A DNA stretch of 64,000 bases from Geosiphon pyriformis uo1 (taxonomy: Eukaryota; Fungi; Glomeromycota). Position 1 is the stretch's first letter. Every line of letters begins with the position of its first letter. The stretch spans positions 811,518 through 875,517 of the forward strand of contig JAAOMT010000664.1 of assembly GCA_016748015.1 (NCBI GenBank), given 5' to 3'. The notes under the pieces were generated by a model. That model searched no databases and was not told the origin of the DNA. It was given only the letters and a program-made list of their open reading frames with translations. A program made the translations under genes and the position numbers. Below are positions 12,801-23,165 of this stretch, in pieces.

Positions 12801-15800
12801 TTTTTGGTATTTCAATAACACTTTCCATTGTGTTGTAGATGAGAATTTTAATGTTTTTGGGGCTTTTGGCTGATATGTAGAGATTAATAAGTCCAATCTC
12901 TCTTAATTTGCAAATAGTGGCTTCTGCTTCAAACAACTGAGCTTGATTTTTTACTTCTCTTTTTATGGCTAACATATACTGGTCATATGGTGGAATAAAA
13001 ATTGATTGACAGTTTAAGATAATTTCTCCTTTGTCAATAACCTCTTCCTCCACTATATTAACTGGTATATCTATTCTACCTGTGGATCCAAATTCCTGTA
13101 TCTTTTTTGCTATTATCCCTAATTCTTCCTTTTTTCCTATTAATACTAATTTAGCTATTTTAACCAGAGATAGAAATATTGCCTGTACTATTTTTTTATT
13201 TGGATCTATGGTATAGGCCTTTTCTGAATCATTTTGTAGCATAGCAATAATATTTCTTATATATCCTATGTCAATTATTCCTCCTCTGATGTTGATTCTC
13301 TTTTTTGCTAAACTACTCCTGAATGCTAGTTGCATTATTGTTGTTGCTGGAATTTCCAGTGCTATTTTCAGATCGATGCAAGTGTGCAAATGTGGTTCTA
13401 ATTTGATGGGATATTTCTCTGGATATCTCAGATCAAACTCTGCATCAGTATCATGCGTGTGTTCTGGCATAATACCTTTATTATTATCACTGAATTATTT
13501 GAGTTTTTGTTCCTTGGTGAAGTCAGGAAGTGCAATGTATGTTTTGGGGTTTGAATTAGAGTCCAAATTATTGTTATCTTTGTTGCCATATTGAGTGAAA
13601 CTGGAATCATTATTTTTGTTGTTATCATTGTCGGAGTTTGAATTAGGATTGAAAGTTGATTTCGATTCTAATGTGTAGCTGTTGATTGGTTCTTCTTCTT
13701 CTGGAATCATGTAAATTATGTGTGGTGGTAGATTGTAAATGAGGTCACACTCATTACAATATTGGAAGTTACATGGAATCAAACAGTGGTCACATAGTTG
13801 GGTGTTGATTTCTTCCAAGCATTGCTTCTGCTCTTCTCTTGTAGATGTTAGTTCTTGATAGTGTTTGTGGAATTGTTCTGGGTCCAAAAGATTTATGACC
13901 AGTTCTGGATCCCAGTCAAGTTCTATGGGTTCTGGTGGATTGTTTTTGATCGTTCTTATTTCTTCTGGTGATGTTTCTTTGATTTTGGTGATTACTATTC
14001 TTCATATCTCATTGTCATCATATGAACAACTGTTTAACTGCTGTATGGCTCTTTTTCAGGTGGTTTCTATTGGTGTCCCTTGTCTAACTCAGTCGCTGAT
14101 GAGAATTGTGTACTGGCACACAGTGTTGTACATTCTTCCTCGACCAAGAATATCATTCCATATTCCTTTGTCAAATAATGTTTTTCCTCAAGCTAGACAA
14201 GATTTGTTGTCCCATTTTCTTTGCCATTTTGAATGTCCAAAGTGTTCTATGATGCACACATGGCAGTAGAATTTGGTTACTGTTGAGTATTCCTCATTAT
14301 CACCACAGCACACATCTATTAATGACAATTTCTTGCCACAATTAACACATATAAGTTTTGGTTGACAATAGGTGGATTGTTGTGGAATAGTGTAGGTGTA
14401 GTCATTATAAGTAGTAGTCAGTGTTGAATCCTCTTCTTCCACTTTTCTTTTTTTTTTATCATTAGCTTTTTTTTCTTTCCACATTATTATTTTGTCTTGA
14501 TCATTGTCGGTTTTCCAGGTTTAGTTGGAATTTCAGGTAGGTTCTTCTTTCTGCTTTTCTTTGTTGTCATCCCAAGAAAGTATTGGCACCAACTTGTTGT
14601 GGTCTTCATCAGCCCAGGATACTTGATAGGCTTCCCAGGTAGGTTTTTTCTCTTCTTTCTTGAACTTGATAAGAGGTGCTGGCATATTGGTTGGCTTGAA
14701 ATAGTCACACATGGCTGGTACATGTGTGTGTTGACTGTTTTGGCTAAGTTGAAGCTTCTGCATCATCCAGTCCAGTATGACATTGGTCTTAAACAATCAG
14801 TCATTTTCTACTAATGCTTAATATTGAGTTGCTTCCATTACTAGAACTTTAATAGGAGTAATGATACCATTGACTTCAAAAGAGAAATCATCAATTTCAC
14901 CAATAAGGGCTTTGGTTGTCCCATCAGTGGTGATTATGTGAGCACTGGTAGCACAATTAACTCAGTGACCTAATTGATCCATGAGTTGTTGTGTAATAAT
15001 GCTACCAGCTGATCTGCTGTTTAGTATCAGTTTAATGGCATGACTATCAACCTTTGTGTCAGTGTACATGGCGATAATTGGTTTGGTGTCAAGAGCAGCT
15101 CCACTAAATAATGGGACTGTTGTGGTTTCCTCAAGTTCAAACAGGAAGATTGCTGCTAGTAATTTGTTGTTAGTAACAGTGGCTGGAAGTATGTTGTTGG
15201 TAAGTGATTGTTTTTGGTTGGTTTCTAGGTTGTTGGGTAAGGCATCTTCTAGAATAACCAAAAGACTTAAATAGTGTTAGGCATTCGGGTTTTGGGAGTT
15301 CTTGGTGCCCAAATTCTGTTGTCAAGATTCTAATGGTTGTGCCATAAAACTGGAGATTGGTTGATAGACCACTATCGATAATCTCCAGCTCTGTTGGGTC
15401 AATCTTGGTCTTTGGGTTCCATTTTGAGGTAAGTTTTGTGGTGGTGTTTGAATTTGTTGGGGCTGATAAATTATCTGAAGCTGCAGTTGATAAATGGGTT
15501 GGGGCTGCAGTTGATAACTGACAGGTGTTGGTGGCTGATAAATTGGCAGTTGATAGATTGGCTGTTGTGTTATAGGTAGGTAATTCAGTTAATACAGTTC
15601 TGGTAATTGATTACTAACATAATTCTGAGTTTGTAGTTGGTGATTGGGGTTTCAATACTAATGACCTGATCTTTGTTCATTTAGCCATTTACAGCATTCA
15701 AACTGTAAATGTCCTTGTTTACTACAATAGTGGCAAGCATACATCTCCTGCTGCCACTGTTGATTGGTTGACAATGATGGATGTGACTGATTCTGAAAAT

Positions 15801-17451
15801 GATTCACATTTCTGGAATTATTGCGTCATTGTGGTGGTTGATAAATTACACAATTGTCAGCTAAGTATCCCTCTAATTTCTGATTCAATTCAGATGATTC
15901 ATTCATCACTAGATTTATGGCTTGGACATGGTTAGCTTTGAGTTCAGCTGCTTTAAAATCTCTGGCATTAGTAACTACAGCTTGAAGATCTGCTGGATGC
16001 ATTAGACATACACATTGGAGGATGCTACTGTGCAGGCCTCTGATAAACTAATTTAGAATTTGTGGTGCTGTGAAATAATCAGCTTAAATTGCTTGTATTT
16101 GGCACAGATTTCTGTGGAAGCATCCTAAGTACATAGTGACTGCTTTATTTTCTCCTTGCTTGATAGTAGTAAAAGTGTTTGCTAATTAATTGATGCTATT
16201 ATTATTGTAGGAATGCAAGCTTGAATGCATTGAAATCTTGGGGTTTTTTAGCTAGGCTTTGATATCATGAATCAGCAGTATCCTGGAGAAAATAAGAAAT
16301 GGCTTAGAGGGCTCTTATGTCATTCCATCCATTGGTCATGATGGCCTTTTCAACATTGTTGAGCCATATTTGGGCATCATTTTCTTTACCTGTGAATTTC
16401 TCTAGTTCACTATTGGAGTGTAGGCCATTGGATTTAAGTTCAGTTGTTGTTGTTGTGGTGGTTGTAGTTGTTGTTGTGGCTGTTAAAGCAACTGTTAGAG
16501 TTGTTGAAGCAGTGGTTGAATAGGTTGCTAGAGGGGCAGCTGTGAGATTGGTTCTAATATTGGCACAATTGGTGGTTGATCGATGACAATTACTGGGAGT
16601 AAGTTTTGCTGATTAATTGTTTCGGGGTTTGTATTGTTCAGATTTTGAGGAGTTTGAAAGTTCAGAGTTCCAATTTCCAGATTTTCTAACTTTGGATCTT
16701 GTTAAGTCTGAAAGTTTGGGATTTCAATATTTGGGTTCTCTAAAATTGGATTCTGGTAAGTAAATTCTTGCTCTTCAGCTTCTTCTTTTTCTTTTTCTGA
16801 TTCTGTTATCTCCCAGAGACTTGTATTTCTGAAATCTAGTTAAGATAGCAGTAATTTGAATCCTGATGGCATTGGGGATTATGATTTAAATCTCTCAAAG
16901 TAGTCGCTATAAGTTTCTAGTAACTCTGCTTTCTTTTGTTTACTTTGAAATGGGAGTTGACCAAATGTTGATGTTGTGTGTAATGTGGATGTGCTTGTTG
17001 ATAAGATGTTGATGGCATTTTCTGGTGTGTAATGATATGATGGATTGGTTGGTAATTCAACTCTGGTTTTCTTTCAAGTAGGTAGTTGTATTTGTTTTGG
17101 TGTTACTGCTGGTGTTTGCAATCTTCCTTTGTCTTTGTCTACATAGGTAATGGGGAATTGTTATTGTGTGTATCTTTCAATGGTTTGATTGATTTCTCTG
17201 ATGATTGGTGTGAAACTGTAGTTTCTTGGTAAGCTGATATGTTGAAATAATTCTGTATAGAAATTTTCTCTTGTGGATTTAATGTTAACTGTTCCTCCTA
17301 AACAGTCTGTGATTTTATCATTGACATAGAAGTTAAAGGTGGATTCTGCTGAGAAGTGGTTATTGTTTAGTCCTAATTGTTGGCTGTACTGTTGAAACAA
17401 GGATTTAGCAAATTTTAAATGGTTTGCTCCTATGTTTTTTGATTCTGTCAC
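9840..17451 (-). pseudogene. pol: B2 gag-pol pseudogene (Gag, PR, Cys-rich, dUTPase, RT, RNase H, integrase)
   Basis: ORF fragments 17161-17451 (Gag N-term), 14962-15261 (PR), 14188-14484 and 13495-13887 (Cys-rich), 12730-13470 (dUTPase), 11704-12204 (RT), 11455-11643 (RNase H TDAS), 10232-10444 (IN). Confidence 0.93.
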
Positions 17452-17494
17452 TTTTGAATAATTGTTGTTGGTGCTAATTCTCTGTAGAATTATA

Positions 17495-17511
17495 CCTCAC
17501 AGAGAGCACCA
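17495..17511 (-). promoter_or_regulatory. Primer-binding site of B2
   Basis: Minus strand TGGTGCTCTCTGTGAGG, 2 nt after the LTR end. Complementary to a tRNA ending ...GAGAGCA-CCA; isoacceptor not determined. Confidence 0.85.
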
Positions 17512-17513
17512 AA

Positions 17514-18396
17514 TGTTACAGGTGAATATTTGGGGTCTCAAATCAAATAACAAATCTGTAACTTGGTACTCAGTGACTAATCTGGTGGATGGTGTTGGTA
17601 ATGTTAGTATGGTGTTATTATCTGACAATGTGGTTTATCTAAAGGTTTGTTTGTTGAGTTTTTTATATAATGGACAGAGATTCAATTGTTGTCTTTCTAA
17701 TAGCCTTCCAAAATCACAATTCCATTGAATTTTTTTTTCAGTGTAATGGCTGGTAATCTGGCAGAGATGCCCTTCTGGTAAGCTATTTGTTAATATATAT
17801 AAACCCTATACTCTTTCTTTGGAGTCTTTTATCAGGCTATCCTTGATGTCAATAACTCAGTGCTTAATCCTTAATTAATTAGTAAAACAAAGAAATAGAA
17901 GAAAATAAAAGAAAATAAACAAAAGCAATTACAAGTTAGTATTCTGTCAATAGTCATGATCAAGAGCTATTGTTCCAGCATGGTTAAGTATCAATTACTA
18001 TCAACATTTCATGTTGATAGTATAGAGTAGATTTGAGATGAAGAATAATTATTTATTGATATTTGTAAATTGAAAGGTTGCTTAGATGAAATCTAAGCTG
18101 AGAGGTCTGTAGTTAAAAGATTCTGTCTTTTCTACTTTCAATACTACCACTATATATACATGATTTGAGTTCTATGAGATCACTCATATTCTCAAGCAAT
18201 GTTCTATAATTTCTTAAGCAATGTTTATATTGTTAAGTGATGTGCCATGATTTTTGACATTGCTCCACATTGCTGAGCAATGTGCCATGATTTCTAACAT
18301 TGCTCTATATTGCTGAGCAATGTGCTTATGTGCTAACTACTACTCTCTTATTGATCTACTATTTTTTCTATATCTGTTTTCTTTTTATGAGTAACA
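17514..18396 (-). mobile_element. B2 5' LTR
   Basis: TGTTAC/GTAACA termini, U3 palindromic array at 18190-18326, adjacent PBS. Confidence 0.95.
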
Positions 18397-18400
18397 ATGG

Positions 18401-19860
18401 TTTGTTGTGAATAAGACAAATCTAAGAACATTTCAACTCAAAAATATAGCAAAACCAGAACAATACAACAAAAATATAACAAAAAATGAACATACAAAAA
18501 TATCAACAACTTTAACACTATAAATATCCAACAGTTCAAGAAGAAATTATTTCAAAATAAACAAAACAGCATCAAACAACAATCAAAATATTTTATTATT
18601 CACCAAAATATATTTTATTGAAAGAACAGAAAAAATCCAAATCAACCAACCAGAATAATTACAGAGCCAGAAAAAGAGACAATACTGTTCAATATGTACT
18701 TAAATCCAACAGCAAGACATTTCTATAAAGAAGCAATCATAGAAAAGACCAGAAAAAAATATTATTGGCCATCAATGTATCTAGACATCATTCAGTATGT
18801 TCAAAATTGTGATGTTTGTCAGAAAAGAAGAGGAACAAGACTCAACAAACTATTAAGACCAATTAAAGTAGGACAACCATTTGATCATATTGAAATTAAC
18901 TTAGTCGGACTATTAACAATCACCAGCAGAAGAAACAGATATATTGCAGTAGTCATGAACTATCTTACTAAATGGCCAGAGGCAAAAGCAATTCAAAGAG
19001 TGGATGCAGAATCCATTGCTGAATTTGTTCATCAAGATTTAATTTGTTGACATGAATGTCCAAAAAAACTGCTATCCAACCAAAGAACTTATTTTGTAAA
19101 TAGAACATTAGCAGAATTAAGTCAAAGATTTGGAATTAAAAGACCATTATCATTACCATATTATCCACAAACCAATGGATTAGTCAAAAGATTTAACAGA
19201 ACATTGTGTAAAGCAATAGCAAAAATCAGCCAGGAAAGCCAAGACAAATAAGATTTGGTTATACCATTAGTATTATTCACTTATCGAACAATGAAGCAAG
19301 ATACTACACAAGCAATACTATTTGAATTAGTATATAGTAAAACAGCAATATTACCAGTTGAAATAGAGGTCAACACATATTTAACTGAACCAATAACAGA
19401 AGAGAATTTCCAAGAAACTTTATTGAGAAAAACATATAACCTAATAAAAACTCTAGAAAACAAATGGCAAAGAATAGCTAATAATATACAACAGTCACAA
19501 GAGAAACAGAAAAAAAGACATGATAACCAATTACCAAATAAACCAGTTGAATTCAGGATTAGAGACAAAATACTTCTACATTATACCAAAATAAAAAAAC
19601 AATGGAGTAGAAAATTTGACCGTAAATGGGATGGACCATTTCACATAGAAAAATTTTTAGGAAATAGAGCTTATAAATTAAGATGAAACAACAAAATCTT
19701 AACCAAAGCAGCACATGGTGATTGATTGAAACAATATCACTATATAGTATCATTATCCACCAATAATATTCTACAACTGGAAGTATAACAAATACTAGTT
19801 CAATCAGATGAGATTCTATGAGATCTAAAACCAATTATAATTATTGACACCAACACATCA
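18401..19860 (+). pseudogene. B1 integrase pseudogene
   Basis: H...YYWP...CDVCQ zinc region, YLTKWPEAKAI, QTNGLVKRFNRTL, KWDGPF (GPY/F) motif. No chromodomain. Confidence 0.92.
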
Positions 19861-19899
19861 AATTAATTGACCAAAGAAATATATAAAGACATGGTAGAC

Positions 19900-20510
19900 A
19901 TGACAAAAAACATCAGAAAAATAGAAATTACCAATGACATTTACTCATTAGCACAACAACTGTTTCAACTAATTCAACAATAAAACATGGAAATTACAAT
20001 TAACCAACAAACTATCAAATATAAAGATACCAGGAAATTACAACAATATAAAATACAAAAGCAACCGGAAAACACTGTTGATAAAATAATCACAAAAGTA
20101 AAATCAGCAATAAACATTTAAACAAAAGTTACACCAGACCAAGCATTAACCAAAGAAACTTTTGTTACTTCCACTTGGGACAACATCTGAATATCCAGAA
20201 CTTATACACAGATAAGACAAAATGGTTATTTGATACAACAATATTACAACAACTGGAACAATTTGTGGAAAAGAATAATCTAAAAACATATGTGCAAGTC
20301 ATTTATCAATTATACACCAGATTTTAAGACTGACCAGAAATTCTACTCAACTTAGCAATGAACACTGTCACTGTTAACCAAATAAAAAAAATAACCAATG
20401 CACAATTTGAAGAATTACTAACCAAAATAACACAAATAATTCTCAAAAAAGAAGTTCAAAAATTAATCCAAGAGAGAAATCTAAGAAATTTTATAAGAGC
20501 TCAATATTAA
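19900..20510 (+). pseudogene. B1 extra 3' ORF (ORF3), unknown function
   Basis: IYSLAQQLFQLIQQ...TFCYFHLGQHLNIQNLY...VQVIYQLYTRF...NFIRAQY*, ending at the PPT. Confidence 0.65.
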
Positions 20511-20523
20511 AAGGAAAAAATAA

Positions 20524-21308
20524 TGTTACTCATAGAATATAAAAAGTATATATTAGCATATAAATTAGACAATCAGAAGTAGATGTAGTAAAAAGTAGAA
20601 TTCCAAAATTCCTCTCAAAGGAATTGCAGAATTCCAGGAATTACAAGATTCTTATAGGAGGAATCGCAAAATTCTAGAATTCCAGAATTCCTGGTATAAA
20701 AAATTGAGGAATTGAGGAATTTCAATTATATATATATAGTGGTAGTATTAGAAACAGAAAAAACAGACCTCTCTATTTAGATTTAATCTAAGCAATCTTC
20801 TCCATCACAAATATCAATAAATAACTATTTGTTATCTCAATTTATTTTTTGTTATCAACACTTCATGTTAATAATAATCTATACTTGACCACACTGGAAC
20901 AATAGCTTTTGATTATGGCTATTGACAGGATACTAACTTGCAAATTGCTTTGGCTTATTTTTTTATTTCTTTTATTTTCTTTGTTTTGATTTTATTGTTG
21001 TGTACTAATTGATTAAAGATAAAGCACTGAATTACTGACATCAAGGATTGTCTGGTAAAAGATCCTGCGAGTGGGTAAAACATGTAAAAGGAATTACGGA
21101 TTATTTACCAAAAGATTGCCAGCCATCAAGCTGAAGAAAAAAATTGACAGAATTGTGATTCTGGGAAGCTATAGATAACAACACTATTAAATCTCTGTCT
21201 ATTATACAAAAAACTCAACCTTTAGATTATCATCAACATAAATAGCTTTTGAACACCAAGTTATGGGTTTGTTATTTGATTTGAGACCCCAAATAATCAC
21301 TTATAACA
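20524..21308 (+). mobile_element. B1 3' LTR (GAATTCC U3 subtype)
   Basis: PPT at 20509-20523, TGTTACTC...TATAACA termini, repeat array at 20595-20725. Confidence 0.92.
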
Positions 21309-21399
21309 ACATATCAATACTACCAATATCAACAAGCTATTGAACACCAAGTTATGGGTTTGTTATTTGATTTAAGACTCCAAATAATCACTTGTAACA
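21309..21399 (+). mobile_element. U5 tail of an older family-B LTR into which B1 inserted
   Basis: Second copy of GAACACCAAGTTATGGGTTTG...CTTGTAACA directly after the B1 LTR end. Confidence 0.7.
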
Positions 21400-22214
21400 G
21401 CAGAAGTATTACTTGTTTTTTTCCAGCTTGAACATTGTATATAAGTTCTGAATATTCAAGTATTATTCTAAGTGAAAGTAACAAAAGTTTCTTGGAAATT
21501 GTTGTGTTCACCAATTTCATGTTTCTATCATCAATTCTGAATATTGGGTAACTTTTGACTGTGTTTCTATCGCTAATTTTACCTTTGTGATTATTTTTTC
21601 AATAGTGTTTTTTGTTTTTTTCTGTATTTTATCTCATAGTTTCTTTTTGGTATTTCTGTATTTGATAGTTTGTTGATTAATTGTAATTTCCATTTCCTGT
21701 TGTTGAATTAGTTGAAAGAGTTGTTGTGCTAGTAAGTAGATGTCATCAATAATTTCCATTTTTCTGTTGTCTTTTGTTGTATCTATTATGTCTTTATATT
21801 TTTTTTGTTGTTCAATTTGACATGTTGATGGCAATGATAATAATTGGTTCTAAATTTTGTGGAATTTTATCTGGTTGAACTAGTATTCTTTGTACTCTTA
21901 ATTCTGGAATATTATTGGTAGATGATGATGCTATCTTGTAATATGGTTTCAGTCAATTACTATGTGCTGCTTTGGCTAAGATTTTGTTGTTTCATTTTAA
22001 TTTATAAGCTCTATTTCCAAGAATTTTTTCTATGTGAAATGGTTTGTCTCATTTGGGGTCAAATTTTCTACTTCATTGTTTTTTCACTTTGGTACGATAT
22101 AAAAGTACTTTGTCTTCAATCTTGAATTCAACTGGTTTATCTGATAGTTGATTATTGTGTCTTTTTTTTTGTTTTTTTTGTAATTTTTAAATGTTATCAG
22201 CTGCTCTTTATTAT
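21400..22214 (-). pseudogene. Fragment of the outermost family-B element B0 (integrase C-terminus plus ORF3 N-terminal half)
   Basis: Reverse-complement homolog of about 19480-20210 (KILAKAAH..., MEIIDDIYLLAQQLFQL). Cut on both sides by LTR ends. Confidence 0.85.
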
Positions 22215-23103
22215 TGTTACTCATAAAAAGAAAACAGATATAGAAAAATAGTAGACCAATAGTAAAGTAGTAGTTAGCACATAAGCACATTGCTCAACAA
22301 TGTAGAGCAATATCAAGAAATTATGACACATTGCTCAGCAATGTGAAGCAATATCAGAAATCATGGCACATTGCTCAGCAATATGGAGTGATGTTAGAAA
22401 ATTAGAACATATTGCTCAGCAATATGAGCATTGCTCAAGAAATTATAGCACATCACTTGGGAATGTAAGCAATTTTATAGAACATTAATTATGTATATAT
22501 AGTGGTAACATTAGAAGAAAAAAAGACAGATCTCTCAGTTTAGATTTGATCTAAGCAAACTTTCTATCCACAACTATCAAATAATTATTCACTATTTTAA
22601 TCCATTTTCTACTATTAACACTTCATGTTAATAGTAATTGATACTTAATCACACTAGAACAATAGCTTTTAATCACGGCTATTGATAAAATACTAATATT
22701 TATTTGCCTTGGCTTATTTTTTATCTCTTTCTTTTCTTTTATCTTCTTTTCTTTTGTCATTTCATTTGTTTTATTAACTTGATTAAAAGAATTCATATGT
22801 GGAGGTACTGACATCAAGATATAGTACTGGTAAAAGACCCAGAAATAAGAGTAAACACTCAGAATTGAGGATATCTTACCAGGAGGATTACTGGCCATCA
22901 TGCTGAAAAAAAAATTGACAAAACTGTGGTTTCAGAAAACTATAAATAAAACAATCAATTAAATCTCTGTTCATTATACAAAAAACTCCACTAAGACCTT
23001 CAGATATAAACAACATACCAGTATTACCAATATCATTAAGATATTGAGCATCAAGTTACAGATTTGTTATTTGACTTAAGACCCCAAATAATTATTTGTA
23101 ACA
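22215..23103 (+). mobile_element. 5' LTR of family-B element B3 (CACATTGCTCAGCAATGTG subtype)
   Basis: TGTTACTC...TGTAACA termini, followed by PBS TGGTGCTCC at 23106. Confidence 0.93.
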
Positions 23104-23105
23104 TT

Positions 23106-23122
23106 TGGTGCTCCTTGTAAAG
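23106..23122 (+). promoter_or_regulatory. Primer-binding site of B3
   Basis: TGGTGCTCCTTGTAAAG 2 nt after the LTR; decayed version of the B2 PBS. Confidence 0.75.
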
Positions 23123-23165
23123 TATAATTCTACAAAGAACCAGCACCAACAACAATCATCCAAAA

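Larger units (their letters stand above)
7408..18396 (-). mobile_element. Full-length family-B element B2 with two LTRs and ATGG TSD
   Basis: ATGG at 7404-7407 and 18397-18400. LTRs at 7408-9127 (interrupted) and 17514-18396, PBS at 17495-17511, PPT at 9128-9143. Confidence 0.95.
1765..21308 (+). mobile_element. Family-B Ty3/Gypsy element B1 (5' part outside window), interrupted by B2 at 7408-18396
   Basis: Reading frame ...DNGNTNG|L..IRQI rejoins across the B2 insertion (ATGG TSD). Ends with PPT and 3' LTR at 20524-21308. Confidence 0.9.

Noticed and set aside
19620-19860. Chromodomain at the integrase C-terminus
   Set aside because: The sequence ends shortly after the GPY/F module with no Y.VKW-type motif.
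19900-20510. ORF3 as a retroviral envelope gene
   Set aside because: Too short, with no visible signal peptide, furin site or transmembrane anchor.
20660-20700. Heat-shock elements in the GAATTCC U3 array
   Set aside because: Only two-unit TTCnnGAA matches occur, and canonical three-unit nGAAn spacing is not met.
22283-22470. CRISPR-like array (palindromic repeats with about 20-bp spacers)
   Set aside because: The spacers are themselves repeats, the array lies inside LTRs, there are no cas genes, and the context is eukaryotic.
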